Below are positions 7,043 to 17,506 of a stretch of DNA of 21,713 nucleotides, one piece after another (the first letter of the stretch is position 1; the number at the start of each line of letters is the position of its first letter). Origin of the DNA: Nostoc sp. DedSLP01 (lineage in GTDB: Bacteria > Cyanobacteriota > Cyanobacteriia > Cyanobacteriales > Nostocaceae); assembly GCA_034530875.2 (NCBI GenBank), contig JAVRCJ020000071.1, positions 1 through 21,713 on the forward strand, in the 5' to 3' direction. The position numbers were made by a program, and so were the translations under genes. A model generated the notes under the pieces. It did no database searches, was not told the DNA's origin, and saw nothing but the letters and a program-made list of their open reading frames with translations.

Positions 7043-8821
7043 ATGTCTCATTTATTGTGGAAAACTCTGGTACTCAGTCCAGTAGTTTTGGGAGTGACGG
7101 TGTTGGTTTCTGCTAGAGCGATAGCTACTGAACTAGCAAGCTCTTCTGACAATGCAAATGCAAAAGGTGTTCAAGCAGAACCATCAGAAGCTATTGGTGC
7201 TTCACTATCGATGCAAACAGAGCAACCAACTACAAACGAAAGATTTTTGGTTGCCCAAACAAAGACCGATGATAGTGTTTTAGAACAAGTTAACCGCTAC
7301 AGCAGCGAAGGCAAGAAACAGAATTCACTATCTCAGGTCACATCAGTTTCTCAATTCTCTGACGTACAGCCCACTGACTGGGCATTCCAAGCTTTACAAT
7401 CCCTAGTTGAGCGTTATGGATGTATTGCAGGATACCCTAATGCTACATACCGTGGTAACCGCGCCTTGACTCGTTATGAGTTTGCCGCAGGTTTGAATGC
7501 TTGTTTGGATAGGGTGAATGAACTGATTGCCACAGCAACCGCTGACTTGGTAACGAAACAGGATTTAGCAACCCTCCAGCGTTTGCAAGAAGAATTCTCG
7601 GCGGAACTGGCAACTCTGCGCGGTCGAGTAGATGCTTTAGAAGCGCGTAGCGCTGAATTAGAAGCAAATCAGTTTTCCACTACTACAAAATTAGTGGGTG
7701 AAGCTATTTTTGCTGTTAGTGATATATTTGGCGGTAACACTGGTGATGCAAATAATACTGTCTTCCAAGACAGGGTACGTTTAGACTTGCAAAGCAGCTT
7801 CACTGGTAAAGACGTGCTACACACCCGTCTGGCAGCGGGTAATGCACTAGCCTTTTCTCAAATAGACAACGCTGGTGCTCCTATCGATACTGCTGAAGGT
7901 ACACAAACCTTTCAAATCGGTAGCAGCGGTAACAACAGCGTCAATATAGACTGGCTGGCGTATTACGTACCTATCGGCCCCGCGCAAGTTTACATTGCAG
8001 CCACTGGAGGTATTCACAGCGATTATGCCGCCACCAATAACCCTTACTTTGAGGACTATGACGGTGGTAATGGTGCCTTATCTAGCTTTGCTTCTGAAAG
8101 CCCCATCTATCGCATCGGTGGTGGCGCAGGTGTGGCACTAACTTTACCCTTTGGTAAGGGTGGCAGCATTTTCAGACCAAGTTCGCTGACTGTAGGCTAC
8201 TTGGCATCAAATGCTAGTAATCCTGCACTAAACCAAGGTTTGTTCGAGGGTAACTATGCGGCTCTGGGACAATTAAACTTTAGTATTGGCGATAGCTTGG
8301 CGATCGCTGCTACTTACGTTCACGGGTATCATGGTGCTGGAGGCGGTAATTTATTCGATCTAGGCGGTGGTTTGGGTAGCACTAACCGCGTCGTAGGTAC
8401 TGCTCAAGCTAACACCCTAAATGCCCTAGCTGGTTCTTCTAGTAATTCCTATGGTGTAGAAGCAGCCTTCAGATTCAGTGACAAACTGTCAATTAGTGGC
8501 TTCGTTTCTTACCACGATATTACAGGCTTCGGTGCAGGTGATGATTATGAAGCTTGGAGTTACGGTCTTGGACTAGCTTTACCTGACTTCGGTAAAAAAG
8601 GTAACGTATTGGGCATTTTTGCTGGTGCAGAACCTTATGCTCGTAACCGAGCAGGCTTTGTTGGTAACGATATACCTTATCACTTTGAAGGCTTCTATAA
8701 ATATCGCGTGTCAGATAATATCTCAATCACCCCTGGCGTGATTTGGTTGACTTCTCCTGGCCAAAACAGCGATAACGATGATGCAATTATCGGTACCCTG
8801 AGAACAACTTTCACGTTCTAA
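7043..8821 (+). CDS. Cyanobacterial outer-membrane porin with SLH domain (SomA/OprB, 'iron uptake porin' family)
   Basis: Signal peptide, SQVTSVSQFSDVQPTDWAFQALQSLVERYGCIAGYP SLH motif, coiled coil, FSTTTKLVGE, and a beta-barrel ending GTLRTTFTF (terminal Phe). Confidence 0.95.
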   Translation: MSHLLWKTLVLSPVVLGVTVLVSARAIATELASSSDNANAKGVQAEPSEAIGASLSMQTEQPTTNERFLVAQTKTDDSVLEQVNRYSSEGKKQNSLSQVTSVSQFSDVQPTDWAFQALQSLVERYGCIAGYPNATYRGNRALTRYEFAAGLNACLDRVNELIATATADLVTKQDLATLQRLQEEFSAELATLRGRVDALEARSAELEANQFSTTTKLVGEAIFAVSDIFGGNTGDANNTVFQDRVRLDLQSSFTGKDVLHTRLAAGNALAFSQIDNAGAPIDTAEGTQTFQIGSSGNNSVNIDWLAYYVPIGPAQVYIAATGGIHSDYAATNNPYFEDYDGGNGALSSFASESPIYRIGGGAGVALTLPFGKGGSIFRPSSLTVGYLASNASNPALNQGLFEGNYAALGQLNFSIGDSLAIAATYVHGYHGAGGGNLFDLGGGLGSTNRVVGTAQANTLNALAGSSSNSYGVEAAFRFSDKLSISGFVSYHDITGFGAGDDYEAWSYGLGLALPDFGKKGNVLGIFAGAEPYARNRAGFVGNDIPYHFEGFYKYRVSDNISITPGVIWLTSPGQNSDNDDAIIGTLRTTFTF

Positions 8822-8839
8822 AGGCTGACTGATATAGTG

Positions 8840-8882
8840 TTGGGCCACCGAAGAACTTTACTTTGGTGGCTCAAATTTTTTA
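8840..8882 (+). terminator. Intrinsic terminator of the porin gene
   Basis: TTGGGCCACCGAAG-aacttta-CTTTGGTGGCTCAA stem followed by a T-run, lying between convergent genes. Confidence 0.8.
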
Positions 8883-8905
8883 TTAGTCATTAATTCTTAT
8901 TCTTT

Positions 8906-9478
8906 TTAAAGAATTCCTGCTTGTTGAAAAATTTGTTGGGGTGTAATTTGCAGCCCCGGCAATAGAGAATCTTCTAAACTATCTGTACCCCTTTTTGTTT
9001 GAGGTAGGGCATTTGGATAGAAAATAGTCACTGTTTTAGCTCTTGTATCGACAACCCAAACTCGTTGAACTTTAGCATTGAGATAATTAGTTGCTTTTTC
9101 TGTCATTTCTCCGAAAGTTTGACCGGGTGAGATAATTTCAATTACTAATTCGGGTGCGACAGGACAAGCCTCGTCTTGCAACCAATCAACAGAAAGACGG
9201 TTATAAGAAATATATGTTAAATCAGCTACAGGAACCCAGCCTTGTTGATTTCTAGTTAACTGAATTGCCCATTCAATTACAACCCGCCCCTTTCCTTGTG
9301 CCCATGCAGACAATAGTATAAATAACGCACCTGTTATGGAACTATGAAAAAATTTTGGTGACATCTCATCATTTTTAAATTTTGGGACAGCTTGTCCGTC
9401 AATTAGTTCGTAGATAATGTCACCTTCTGGTAATGCAAAGAATTCTTCTAGGGTGAGTTTGGTGTTAATATGAGCCAT
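8906..9478 (-). CDS. Uma2 (DUF820) family putative endonuclease
   Basis: LTLEEF...YELIDG, PVADL, APELVIEIISP and VWVVD motifs. The likely start is the ATG at 9478 (MAHINTKL), not 9583, which would overlap ureG. Confidence 0.88.
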   Translation of the reverse strand: MAHINTKLTLEEFFALPEGDIIYELIDGQAVPKFKNDEMSPKFFHSSITGALFILLSAWAQGKGRVVIEWAIQLTRNQQGWVPVADLTYISYNRLSVDWLQDEACPVAPELVIEIISPGQTFGEMTEKATNYLNAKVQRVWVVDTRAKTVTIFYPNALPQTKRGTDSLEDSLLPGLQITPQQIFQQAGIL

Positions 9479-9576
9479 AGTGAATTTTAGGGTGGAAATT
9501 CCTATTGCAATGCTAAATAATTTCCGAAAGGAAATAACCTTGACTTCTTTAAAAAATAAGCAATCTGTAATAATGC

Positions 9577-10179
9577 CTAACAAATATTTGTACGAACAAA
9601 GTTAATGACATCTGCAAGCCCTGACTGAGTTTTCAAATTAGTAAAAATAAAAGGTTTATCGCCGCGCATTTTTTTAGCATCTCGTTCCATGACGCTTAAA
9701 TCAGCACCAACATAAGGCGCAAGGTCAGTTTTGTTAATTACTAACAAATCAGATTTAGTAATACCGGGGCCGCCCTTACGAGGAATTTTATCGCCAGCGG
9801 CAACATCGATGACATAAATCGTTAAATCTACCAATTCTGGACTAAAGGTAGCAGCTAAATTATCACCGCCACTTTCCAAAAAGACTAAATCTAAATCAGT
9901 AAAACGTTCTTCTAATTGTTCAATTGCTGCTAAATTCATAGAAGCATCTTCGCGGATGGCAGTATGAGGACAACCACCAGTCTCTACACCCAAAATGCGA
10001 TCGCTTGCTAAAGCCTGAGAACGCACTAAAAATTGAGCATCTTCCTGAGTATAAATATCATTCGTTACCACCGCAAGCTGATATTGCTCGCGCAACTTCT
10101 TGCACAAAGCATCCACCAAAGCTGTCTTCCCGGAACCAACAGGGCCAGCAACACCTACTCTAAATGCGTTCTTAGTCAT
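9577..10179 (-). CDS. ureG: Urease accessory GTPase UreG
   Basis: GPVGSGKT P-loop, TNDIYT, GGCPH metal motif, [19 protein letters not shown]. Confidence 0.98.
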   Translation of the reverse strand: MTKNAFRVGVAGPVGSGKTALVDALCKKLREQYQLAVVTNDIYTQEDAQFLVRSQALASDRILGVETGGCPHTAIREDASMNLAAIEQLEERFTDLDLVFLESGGDNLAATFSPELVDLTIYVIDVAAGDKIPRKGGPGITKSDLLVINKTDLAPYVGADLSVMERDAKKMRGDKPFIFTNLKTQSGLADVINFVRTNIC

Positions 10180-10206
10180 TAGTCATTAGTTATTAGTCAT
10201 TGGTCT
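10172..10206. repeat. Heptamer STRR (TTAGTCA)x5 overlapping the ureG start
   Basis: ttagtca-ttagtca-ttagtta-ttagtca-ttggtct, a known class of Nostocales short tandemly repeated repetitive sequences. Confidence 0.85.
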
Positions 10207-10245
10207 TTCTCCTCTGCCCCTCTGCTCTCCATGCCCATTTCGTAT

Positions 10246-10938
10246 TTAACTCCTAAACAATCTTGTATATTGCGTTTGATGCTGCATACTTGCTAGGGAT
10301 AAACCCCAACTCCAACAGCTGAGTTGTTCGTCTTCCAAAGCTAGAATTTCCAGTGCCATAGTAGTAATTAATACTTGCAAATCTAGTAATAACTGTTGTC
10401 CTGCTGTTTGTCCCAAGGGAATAAGTTTGACGCCAGCGGTAATCAAATTACTTGCCCAACTGTGCAGATATGCTAATAATCCGGCTTTGATATTAATTTG
10501 CCAATGGGCAAGCGCGATACCAAAAGCGATCGCATAATTACAAGGATTACCCACAGCATTGCTTATAGGTACAATCTGCGGTTCTAGTTTAGCAAGTAAT
10601 TGGATGAGCGATCGCCCCATTTGCCAACTTGAAAAGCGTAATTCTTCTGTTTCTCTAGCAGCCGATAACCACAGATTCCAAGAGCGTAAAGACTCGAAAT
10701 CACTCATTTTTGCAGATTTCTCAGCTCGTACCATTACCCCTGCCTCTAGCCGAATTGCCCCATAAGTTAATTGTGCTTCTAACCAATGTTTGAGAGCTGC
10801 CTGGTTAGCGATCGTACCATTTTCCACCAATGTTTCCAAACCTTCAGAATAGCTATATGCTCCCACAGGCAAAGCGGGACTAGCCAACTGTAAAATATTC
10901 AAAAAATGGCTATCAGTGAGCGTGATGGTGTTGTCCAT
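10246..10938 (-). CDS. ureF: Urease accessory protein UreF
   Basis: [21 protein letters not shown]-terminal motif, [12 protein letters not shown] and C-terminal RLFRS. Overlaps the ureE 3' end by 26 nt. Confidence 0.96.
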   Translation of the reverse strand: MDNTITLTDSHFLNILQLASPALPVGAYSYSEGLETLVENGTIANQAALKHWLEAQLTYGAIRLEAGVMVRAEKSAKMSDFESLRSWNLWLSAARETEELRFSSWQMGRSLIQLLAKLEPQIVPISNAVGNPCNYAIAFGIALAHWQINIKAGLLAYLHSWASNLITAGVKLIPLGQTAGQQLLLDLQVLITTMALEILALEDEQLSCWSWGLSLASMQHQTQYTRLFRS

Positions 10939-11359
10939 AAGCTCCTAATTCTGGCTGAAATGGTAAGATTTCTTCCTTAACTTCTAATCCCAGTTGTTCC
11001 AACATCGTGCAAAGAACCGAATCTGAAGACAAGCGTAAATAAGTCGGCGTAATTTCTACAGGTACATGGCGATTTCCTAAATGATATGCTGCCCTGAGTA
11101 ATAAAAGTGGTGTTTCAGCAAAAGCAGTCATCACTAGTTCTGGTTTAGCAATAATTTTCATTAAATTATTGTGGGTTTCTTCTTGGAGAATATCGCCATC
11201 GTGTAAGACAGTTCCTCTAGGTAAATGCAAAAATACAACTTTTCCATCTTCGGTTTCAAAGCGGTGACGACTGCGGGTGCGTTCTTCTGCTGTTAGCCCC
11301 AGAGTCAAAGTAACTACTGCATTGTCATTAGGTGGCTTGAGTTGGGTAAATCTCAGCAT
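10913..11359 (-). CDS. ureE: Urease accessory Ni-chaperone UreE
   Basis: [31 protein letters not shown] and His-rich tail QHHHAH. Confidence 0.96.
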   Translation of the reverse strand: MLRFTQLKPPNDNAVVTLTLGLTAEERTRSRHRFETEDGKVVFLHLPRGTVLHDGDILQEETHNNLMKIIAKPELVMTAFAETPLLLLRAAYHLGNRHVPVEITPTYLRLSSDSVLCTMLEQLGLEVKEEILPFQPELGAYGQHHHAH

Positions 11360-11507
11360 AAAAGTTTCGGCCGATCTAAAACCATCAACTCATTGAATGA
11401 GAAAAAAGACAAGGGGCTGGGGACTGGGACAAGACAAATTAAGGTAGGCAAGTGAGGCAAGGAAGGGGACGCACAAATAAACTGGATATCAATGCAAGCT
11501 AGCTGTG

Positions 11508-11720
11508 CATTGGTGCCAACTTAACGTAAAACCGATGTCCCACAACGAAATGGGCTTCCTTGCTCATAGCAAAAGTTATCGAATAGATAACTCAATATAC
11601 CCAAAATTTTTTAGTCTACTTTAAGTAGACTTTAGCTGAAAGCCAGAGAACTTTAGTTCCAGGCAGGCGGGGAAGCCAACCGAACAGTTAAGCGATTTCT
11701 AATTTAAGTTGACACCAATG
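11508..11720. mobile_element. 213-bp MITE-like non-autonomous element
   Basis: 17-bp terminal inverted repeats CATTGGTGCCAACTTAA (11508-11524) / TTAAGTTGACACCAATG (11704-11720) with 1 mismatch, flanked by TG on both sides, with three internal palindromes. Confidence 0.65.
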
Positions 11721-11764
11721 TGTTCCTTGCCTAAGCAAGTAAGCTAGGGCTTATTTAACTATGC

Positions 11765-11872
11765 TCACTGTCCCAATTGTTGTTCTTCTTCATCAAATAA
11801 AATTTCTGCTAAAAGCGCTAAGCCAGTTAGCCAGAGAAAGAAGCAAACCGAAAACAAAAATATTCCCGTCAT
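11765..11872 (-). CDS. Putative 35-aa single-pass membrane microprotein (not in ORF track)
   Basis: MTGIFLFSVCFFLWLTGLALLAEILFDEEEQQLGQ*. GGAGG Shine-Dalgarno (11881-11885) lies 8 nt upstream of the ATG. About 22 hydrophobic residues are followed by an acidic tail. Confidence 0.65.
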   Translation of the reverse strand: MTGIFLFSVCFFLWLTGLALLAEILFDEEEQQLGQ

Positions 11873-12115
11873 TGCTATTACCTCCAACAAAGCCTCTAGT
11901 TGGCTTGACTTTATTACTTGTTACAAATTGATATCGAAAGTTTCGTACTATTTTCTATTATTTTAACTCCTAAAATCATTTTATCGATCCATAAAGTAGA
12001 TATCATTTATGTTAAGAAATTTATCTTAAAAGCCTATTGGCAGAGAAAGCGCCAAAAAGAGGATTTAGATGCTGACTCTACAGACATCATAGTTCTATAA
12101 ATGCTCGGAAGTCCT

Positions 12116-15100
12116 CTATATCGGCAATTGGATTACAAACTCTGTTCCTTGTCCAGGTGTAGAATTTACCTCAATGCTTCCAGCATGTTTTTCGATGATA
12201 ATTTGACGAGCGATCGCTAATCCTAAACCAGTTCCTTTACCTACAGGTTTGGTTGTAAACAAATGATCGAAAATTTTCTCTTGAACTTCTGGTGCCATCC
12301 CTATCCCATTATCTTTAATTCGTATTAAGACACTCTTCTGGTCTTCCTTGAGCTTGGTAATTAAAGTAATGCGATTGGGATTTAATTTAATCTCATCTAT
12401 ATTGCGCCCTTGATTTAATTCCTCAAAAGCATCAATAGCATTAGCAAGCAGATTCATAAATACCTGGCTAAGTTGACCAGGAAAACATTTGATTAGCGGT
12501 AGGTCTTGATAATTTTTGACTATTTCAATTTCTGGACGATTGTATGATGCTTTCAAACGGTGCTTGAGAATCAAAATTGTACTGTCGATAATTTCAGAGA
12601 GATTGCAAGCAATTAGTTTTTGGGTATCTGCTCTCGAAAAGGTACGCAAACTTACACTCACATCATAAATACGGTTTATCCCCTCTTGCATCGAAGCAAT
12701 TAGTTTAGGCAAATCTTCCCGTACATATTCTAAATCTACTTCTTGGGCTTTTTTTTGAATTTTTGCCACTGGCTGAGGATAGTGGCGTTCATATAAATCA
12801 ACTACTTCTAACAAGTCTTGTACATATTCACTTGCAGGTTTTAAATTGCCAATAATAAAACCAATAGGATTGTTGATTTCATGTGCTATCCCTGATACTA
12901 AATTACCCAAAGTAGACATTTTTTCACTCTGCACTAGTTGCAGTTGTATTTGCTTCAATTCAGCCAGAGAAGATTCTAATTGTTTAGCATAGTTTTGAGC
13001 TTGCTGGTAAAGCCGAGAATTCTCTAAGGAAATAGCAGCTTGAGATGTAATTAGATTGATAATTTTGATGCGATCGCTAGTAAATGCACCTGTAATTATT
13101 TGATTTTCTAAGTACAAAATTCCAATAAATTTACCCTGAGATAAAATAGGAATACACAATATTGATTTTGGTTGATGAAGTTGGATATAAGTATTTGATT
13201 GATAATTAGCCTCAGAGATAGCATCATCTATGACTAAAAATTCTTGTGTTCTTGCAACATAATCAATTATAGGAATTGGAATATCTTCGCTTGTATGAAC
13301 TGGAGTAGATTGCAGAACTATTGAAGAACTTTCTGGAGTATGAATTGCTTCTATAAATAATTCGCTATTTTTAAATAACATCAGACAGCCCTTTTGGGCA
13401 GCTGCATTTTCGATAATTATGCATAAAAGAGTGTCTAGCAGTTTATCTAGAACTATTTCGCTGCTAATTGCTTGCGAAACCTTGAGTACTGTAGTTAAAT
13501 CTAAAGAACCATTACTATCAGTTCTAGTTACCGAATATTTTATTTTTGTTGTAGCGATCGTTCTAGTTACGTCTATTTCTAAATTCTTGCTATTTTCACT
13601 ACGAATAATCAAATTATTATAGCGTTCCTCCAGGTCTTCTACTTTTGCTATAGCTCCCCAACGGATATAACTATAATATGCTTCGGTCATGTACGTTTTG
13701 GCAATTTTTTCTTTACCCAAATCTAGATAAAACTTTGCTGCTAGCTCATTTGCCAAAGCTTCTTCTTGGATATAACCATTTTTCTTAGCTCCTACAATAG
13801 CACTGTCATATAAATCCATTGCTACTTGCACTTTACCCAATACTCTTGCTTTTTCAGCTTCCACTAGCTCGTATTTATGCTGAAAGTTACATGGTGCTTG
13901 TTTCACCCATTTTTTCATTTGCTGCTGATTAGCTGCTACTTGTTTTAAGTATTGATTCTGCTGCAAAGGTAAAGCTTCATTATAAAGGGCAAGCAGAGCT
14001 AGAGAATAATAAAAATTATTAACTACATAAATTAGCAACCCCACGTTATCTTCATGTGTTTTTTCTGCTAAAATTGCATTTTCTACCGCTAGTTCATATT
14101 CATCAAATATATAAGATATTATTGTTTTACAGCCATAATAAAATCCTTTAAAAGAATAATTTTTTAATACTTCTGACGCCATTGTATTTTCATCAAAAGC
14201 CTCACCAATTAAAGTCGATTTTGTTAATGACTTTCCCTGCAAATTTAAAGCTGCTTGTCTAAAAACACTTGTAGCTGCTGCTAGAGATTCAAGCTTTAAC
14301 TTCTGCATTAGATAGACATAGCCGGAGATTTTATTATCTACTAATTCTAAGTTTTCACCTGAAAGTAAAGCATGATAGCCTGCAATTATCGCACAATAAC
14401 CAGCATTTTCGATATTTCCTAATTCTAATCCACTCTGCATTCCTTCCAAAAGCGACGCTATCGTCTTTTGAAGGCGCTCTTTATAAAATCTAATCGTGCC
14501 ATTATGTACAAAATAAACTGTGGCTTTGAGAGAGTTATCATTCATATTTGAAAGTAACTCCACTGCTAGATTTCCTAATTTATATCCTGTTTCAAACTGG
14601 TTAAATTTGTCAGATAAAATAGTACCGTAAGCAGCATAGCCATAAGCTGAAACAGATGATTGTCCGTATTTTATAGATAACCTGACCATAGCCAATACAG
14701 CTAGCAAAAATAGAAAAGACCCAGCTTGACTAGCAGCTGGCACAATTTGCAATAAGATTTGCATAGCTGCTAGTTTATTAGGATCTGACATTTGCGGTAA
14801 TAAAGCTAAATCTTGTATGGGTTTACCTATCAATGTTAGTTTTGTCTTAATTAAGGCTGATAAAACATTTAATTTTGTAGGCTTTTTCGGTAATATTACT
14901 CCTAGCTCTCTGAGAGCTTTTACTCCAATTTCTAGAACTTTTGGCATCTGATTTTGTGCCATGTAAGTTAACATGATTACTTCATATAACTTAACTTTAT
15001 CCAAAATACTATTTGCTCGATCTAGTGCGATATCTGCTAAATAATGAGACTTAGCAAAATTTCCATTTAAATATTCTGTTTCTGTAGTTTCAATATATAA

Positions 15101-17506
15101 ATTCAATGTTAAGTCATAGTATTGCTGCCAACTATTTGCTGTCAAAAGTTCTAAACCTATATTTAAATACCTAGCAGCAGCCTCGTAAGCAGTAGCAGCT
15201 TTAGCTTTTTTCCCAGCTAAAAGGTTAAGTTTTGCTAGTTCAATTTTTTCAGATTCTTGAATTAATAAATGTAAACCAACATTCAACTGATTAACAATAT
15301 CTAAAATATTTTCTGTTAGTAATTCAACAGGTGTCTGTTGCAGTAATAACCGGCCTATTTGTAAATGAGTCCCCTGTTTTTTATTTTCTGGAATCAATGA
15401 ATAAGCAGCTTGCTGAATGCGATCGTGTAAAAATTTATAACTAATTTTTTTACAATCAAAATTTAATTTAGCAGATTCTTCTTGTTCAAAAGCTAAGGGG
15501 ATACGGTAACTATCATCCAAAGGCAAAATTAAGCCACATTGCAATGCAGAGTAAAGTTCGCTTGCAGTACTTGCAGGAGATTTGCCACTAACAATAGACA
15601 GTATATCTAAAGAAAATCTATTGCCAATACAAGCTGCCAGTTTCAATATCTCTTGTGTAGCTACAGGCAGGTTTGCAATTCGGCCGCTAATTAGTTCTAC
15701 GATACTTTTATCAGCAATCCCAATTGTTTGTATTTTCTCTATATCCCACTGCCATGAAGCGGTGTGAAAGTTAAAATTAAAAAACTTTTCTTGGTTTAGT
15801 ACAAGTAATAACTGTGTTAAAAAAAATGGATTACCCGCAGTTTTATTGTAGAGTAATTCTACTAAGGGTTTAATATTTTTTTGTTTTTCATGCAGTGTAT
15901 CAAAAATTAATTCATAAAAATTCTCAATTGAAAGAGATGACAAGACAATATCATTAATAATAGTGTTACTTTTGTGAATATCTTCTATCGTTTGAATTAA
16001 TGGATGGGTAATGCTAACTTCATTATCTCGATAAGCACCAATCAAGAGTAAATATTTGGTGTTCTGATCGCTAATTAGCAGTTGTATTAATTTTAAAGTA
16101 GCTGAATCTGCCCATTGCAAATCATCTAGGAAAATCACTAAAGGATGTTCTTTTTTTGCAAAGACGCGGATAAAATCAGTAAAAACTCGATTGAAGCGGT
16201 TTTGTGATTCTGCTGCACTTAGTTGAACTACTTCTGGTTGTTTGCCTATAACTAATTCCACTTCAGGAATTACATCAATAATGACTTGTCCGTATGACTG
16301 AACAGCTGCTAAAATTTGGCTGCGCCATGTTTCCAGCTTAGTAGCATTTTCTGTTAGCAACTGTCGCATTAAGGAAGTAAAAGCCTGAATTAATGACGCA
16401 TAAGGAACGTTGCGTTGAAATTGATCGAATTTACCGCTAATAAAAAAGCCTTTGGCACGGGTGATTGGTTTATTGACTTCATTAACTACAGAAGATTTAC
16501 CAATTCCTGAATAGCCGGAAACTAAGATCAGTTCTCGCTTCCCTTTGCTAATTCGGTCAAAAGCCTCTAAAAGCAAATCAACTTGAGTTTCTCTGCCATA
16601 AAGCTTTTGAGGGATGAGCAACTGACTTAAAATATCTAAACGACCAGGGATGAAATCAGTAATTTCACCTGTGGTTTCTAACTGTTCCCGACAGATTTCC
16701 AAATCTGCCAAAAGTCCTTTAGCTGTTTGGTAGCGGTCTTCAGCATTTTTCGCCATCAGTTTTTTAACAAGAGACGAGATGGCAGTAGGAATTTCTGGGT
16801 TTAATATTTGAATGTCTATAGGTTCTTTGGCAATATGGCAGTAAACTAACTCTAGAGGGTCATTGCTTTGAAAAGGTAATTGGCCAGTAAGGATTTCATA
16901 GAAAGTAGCCCCAAGAGAATAAAAGTCGCTGCGATAGTCGAGGGTGCGATTCATTCTTCCGGTTTGTTCCGGGGACATATAAACCAAAGTACCTTCTAAT
17001 TCGTTTGGGTTTGCCAGTTGTGGTATTTCTTTATCAAGCCGTGAGGCAATACTAAAATCTGTAAGCTTAACAACCCCAGTTTTTGGATTGATAATGATGT
17101 TGGCTGGTTTAATATCTTTATGGATGATCTGGTAACCGTGTACGGATACTAAGGCTTGTGCTAGTTGAATTGCAATGCTAATAAAACTTTTTAAATCTTG
17201 TCTTTCTTGAACTAGCAGTTCTTTGAGAGAGTAGCCGTCAAAGTCTTCAAATACAATCGCTAAACGATGTTCGTGAGTTTCTAGTTTTAATACCTTAACA
17301 ACGCTTTTTAAATCCAGCTTCTCTGTAATTTTGTATTCGTGTTTGAGACGAGCGATCGCATCTATAGAAGGATAACCTGTTTTCAAAATTTTCAAAATTA
17401 TACGTTGTTTGTTAAGTTGCGATGTAGCCCGATAAATAATCGTATCATCTCCTTCATGGAGTATTTCGTTGAGGTTATACCCTGATATTGAGTCTAATGT
17501 CAGCAT
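12116..17506 (-). CDS. Multidomain Ser/Thr kinase - AAA/NTPase - GAF - histidine kinase (HstK-like family)
   Basis: HKDIKPAN/KLTDFS/YMSPEQ kinase motifs, Walker A GYSGIGKS and Walker B IFLDDLQW, GAF domain (SILCIPIL...GILYLEN), H-box AHEINNP, N-box NLLANAIDA, G-boxes DNGIGM and GTGLGL. Start is the ATG at 17506 or the GTG at 17512. Confidence 0.95.
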   Translation of the reverse strand: MLTLDSISGYNLNEILHEGDDTIIYRATSQLNKQRIILKILKTGYPSIDAIARLKHEYKITEKLDLKSVVKVLKLETHEHRLAIVFEDFDGYSLKELLVQERQDLKSFISIAIQLAQALVSVHGYQIIHKDIKPANIIINPKTGVVKLTDFSIASRLDKEIPQLANPNELEGTLVYMSPEQTGRMNRTLDYRSDFYSLGATFYEILTGQLPFQSNDPLELVYCHIAKEPIDIQILNPEIPTAISSLVKKLMAKNAEDRYQTAKGLLADLEICREQLETTGEITDFIPGRLDILSQLLIPQKLYGRETQVDLLLEAFDRISKGKRELILVSGYSGIGKSSVVNEVNKPITRAKGFFISGKFDQFQRNVPYASLIQAFTSLMRQLLTENATKLETWRSQILAAVQSYGQVIIDVIPEVELVIGKQPEVVQLSAAESQNRFNRVFTDFIRVFAKKEHPLVIFLDDLQWADSATLKLIQLLISDQNTKYLLLIGAYRDNEVSITHPLIQTIEDIHKSNTIINDIVLSSLSIENFYELIFDTLHEKQKNIKPLVELLYNKTAGNPFFLTQLLLVLNQEKFFNFNFHTASWQWDIEKIQTIGIADKSIVELISGRIANLPVATQEILKLAACIGNRFSLDILSIVSGKSPASTASELYSALQCGLILPLDDSYRIPLAFEQEESAKLNFDCKKISYKFLHDRIQQAAYSLIPENKKQGTHLQIGRLLLQQTPVELLTENILDIVNQLNVGLHLLIQESEKIELAKLNLLAGKKAKAATAYEAAARYLNIGLELLTANSWQQYYDLTLNLYIETTETEYLNGNFAKSHYLADIALDRANSILDKVKLYEVIMLTYMAQNQMPKVLEIGVKALRELGVILPKKPTKLNVLSALIKTKLTLIGKPIQDLALLPQMSDPNKLAAMQILLQIVPAASQAGSFLFLLAVLAMVRLSIKYGQSSVSAYGYAAYGTILSDKFNQFETGYKLGNLAVELLSNMNDNSLKATVYFVHNGTIRFYKERLQKTIASLLEGMQSGLELGNIENAGYCAIIAGYHALLSGENLELVDNKISGYVYLMQKLKLESLAAATSVFRQAALNLQGKSLTKSTLIGEAFDENTMASEVLKNYSFKGFYYGCKTIISYIFDEYELAVENAILAEKTHEDNVGLLIYVVNNFYYSLALLALYNEALPLQQNQYLKQVAANQQQMKKWVKQAPCNFQHKYELVEAEKARVLGKVQVAMDLYDSAIVGAKKNGYIQEEALANELAAKFYLDLGKEKIAKTYMTEAYYSYIRWGAIAKVEDLEERYNNLIIRSENSKNLEIDVTRTIATTKIKYSVTRTDSNGSLDLTTVLKVSQAISSEIVLDKLLDTLLCIIIENAAAQKGCLMLFKNSELFIEAIHTPESSSIVLQSTPVHTSEDIPIPIIDYVARTQEFLVIDDAISEANYQSNTYIQLHQPKSILCIPILSQGKFIGILYLENQIITGAFTSDRIKIINLITSQAAISLENSRLYQQAQNYAKQLESSLAELKQIQLQLVQSEKMSTLGNLVSGIAHEINNPIGFIIGNLKPASEYVQDLLEVVDLYERHYPQPVAKIQKKAQEVDLEYVREDLPKLIASMQEGINRIYDVSVSLRTFSRADTQKLIACNLSEIIDSTILILKHRLKASYNRPEIEIVKNYQDLPLIKCFPGQLSQVFMNLLANAIDAFEELNQGRNIDEIKLNPNRITLITKLKEDQKSVLIRIKDNGIGMAPEVQEKIFDHLFTTKPVGKGTGLGLAIARQIIIEKHAGSIEVNSTPGQGTEFVIQLPI

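Noticed and set aside
9577..11359. ureEFG without ureDABC as an anomaly
   Set aside because: A split urease gene arrangement is normal in Nostocales. The ureE/ureF overlap also looks ordinary.
11918..12100. 60-aa + strand ORF
   Set aside because: TTG start, no SD, low-complexity AT-rich sequence lying over the probable upstream region of the minus-strand microprotein.
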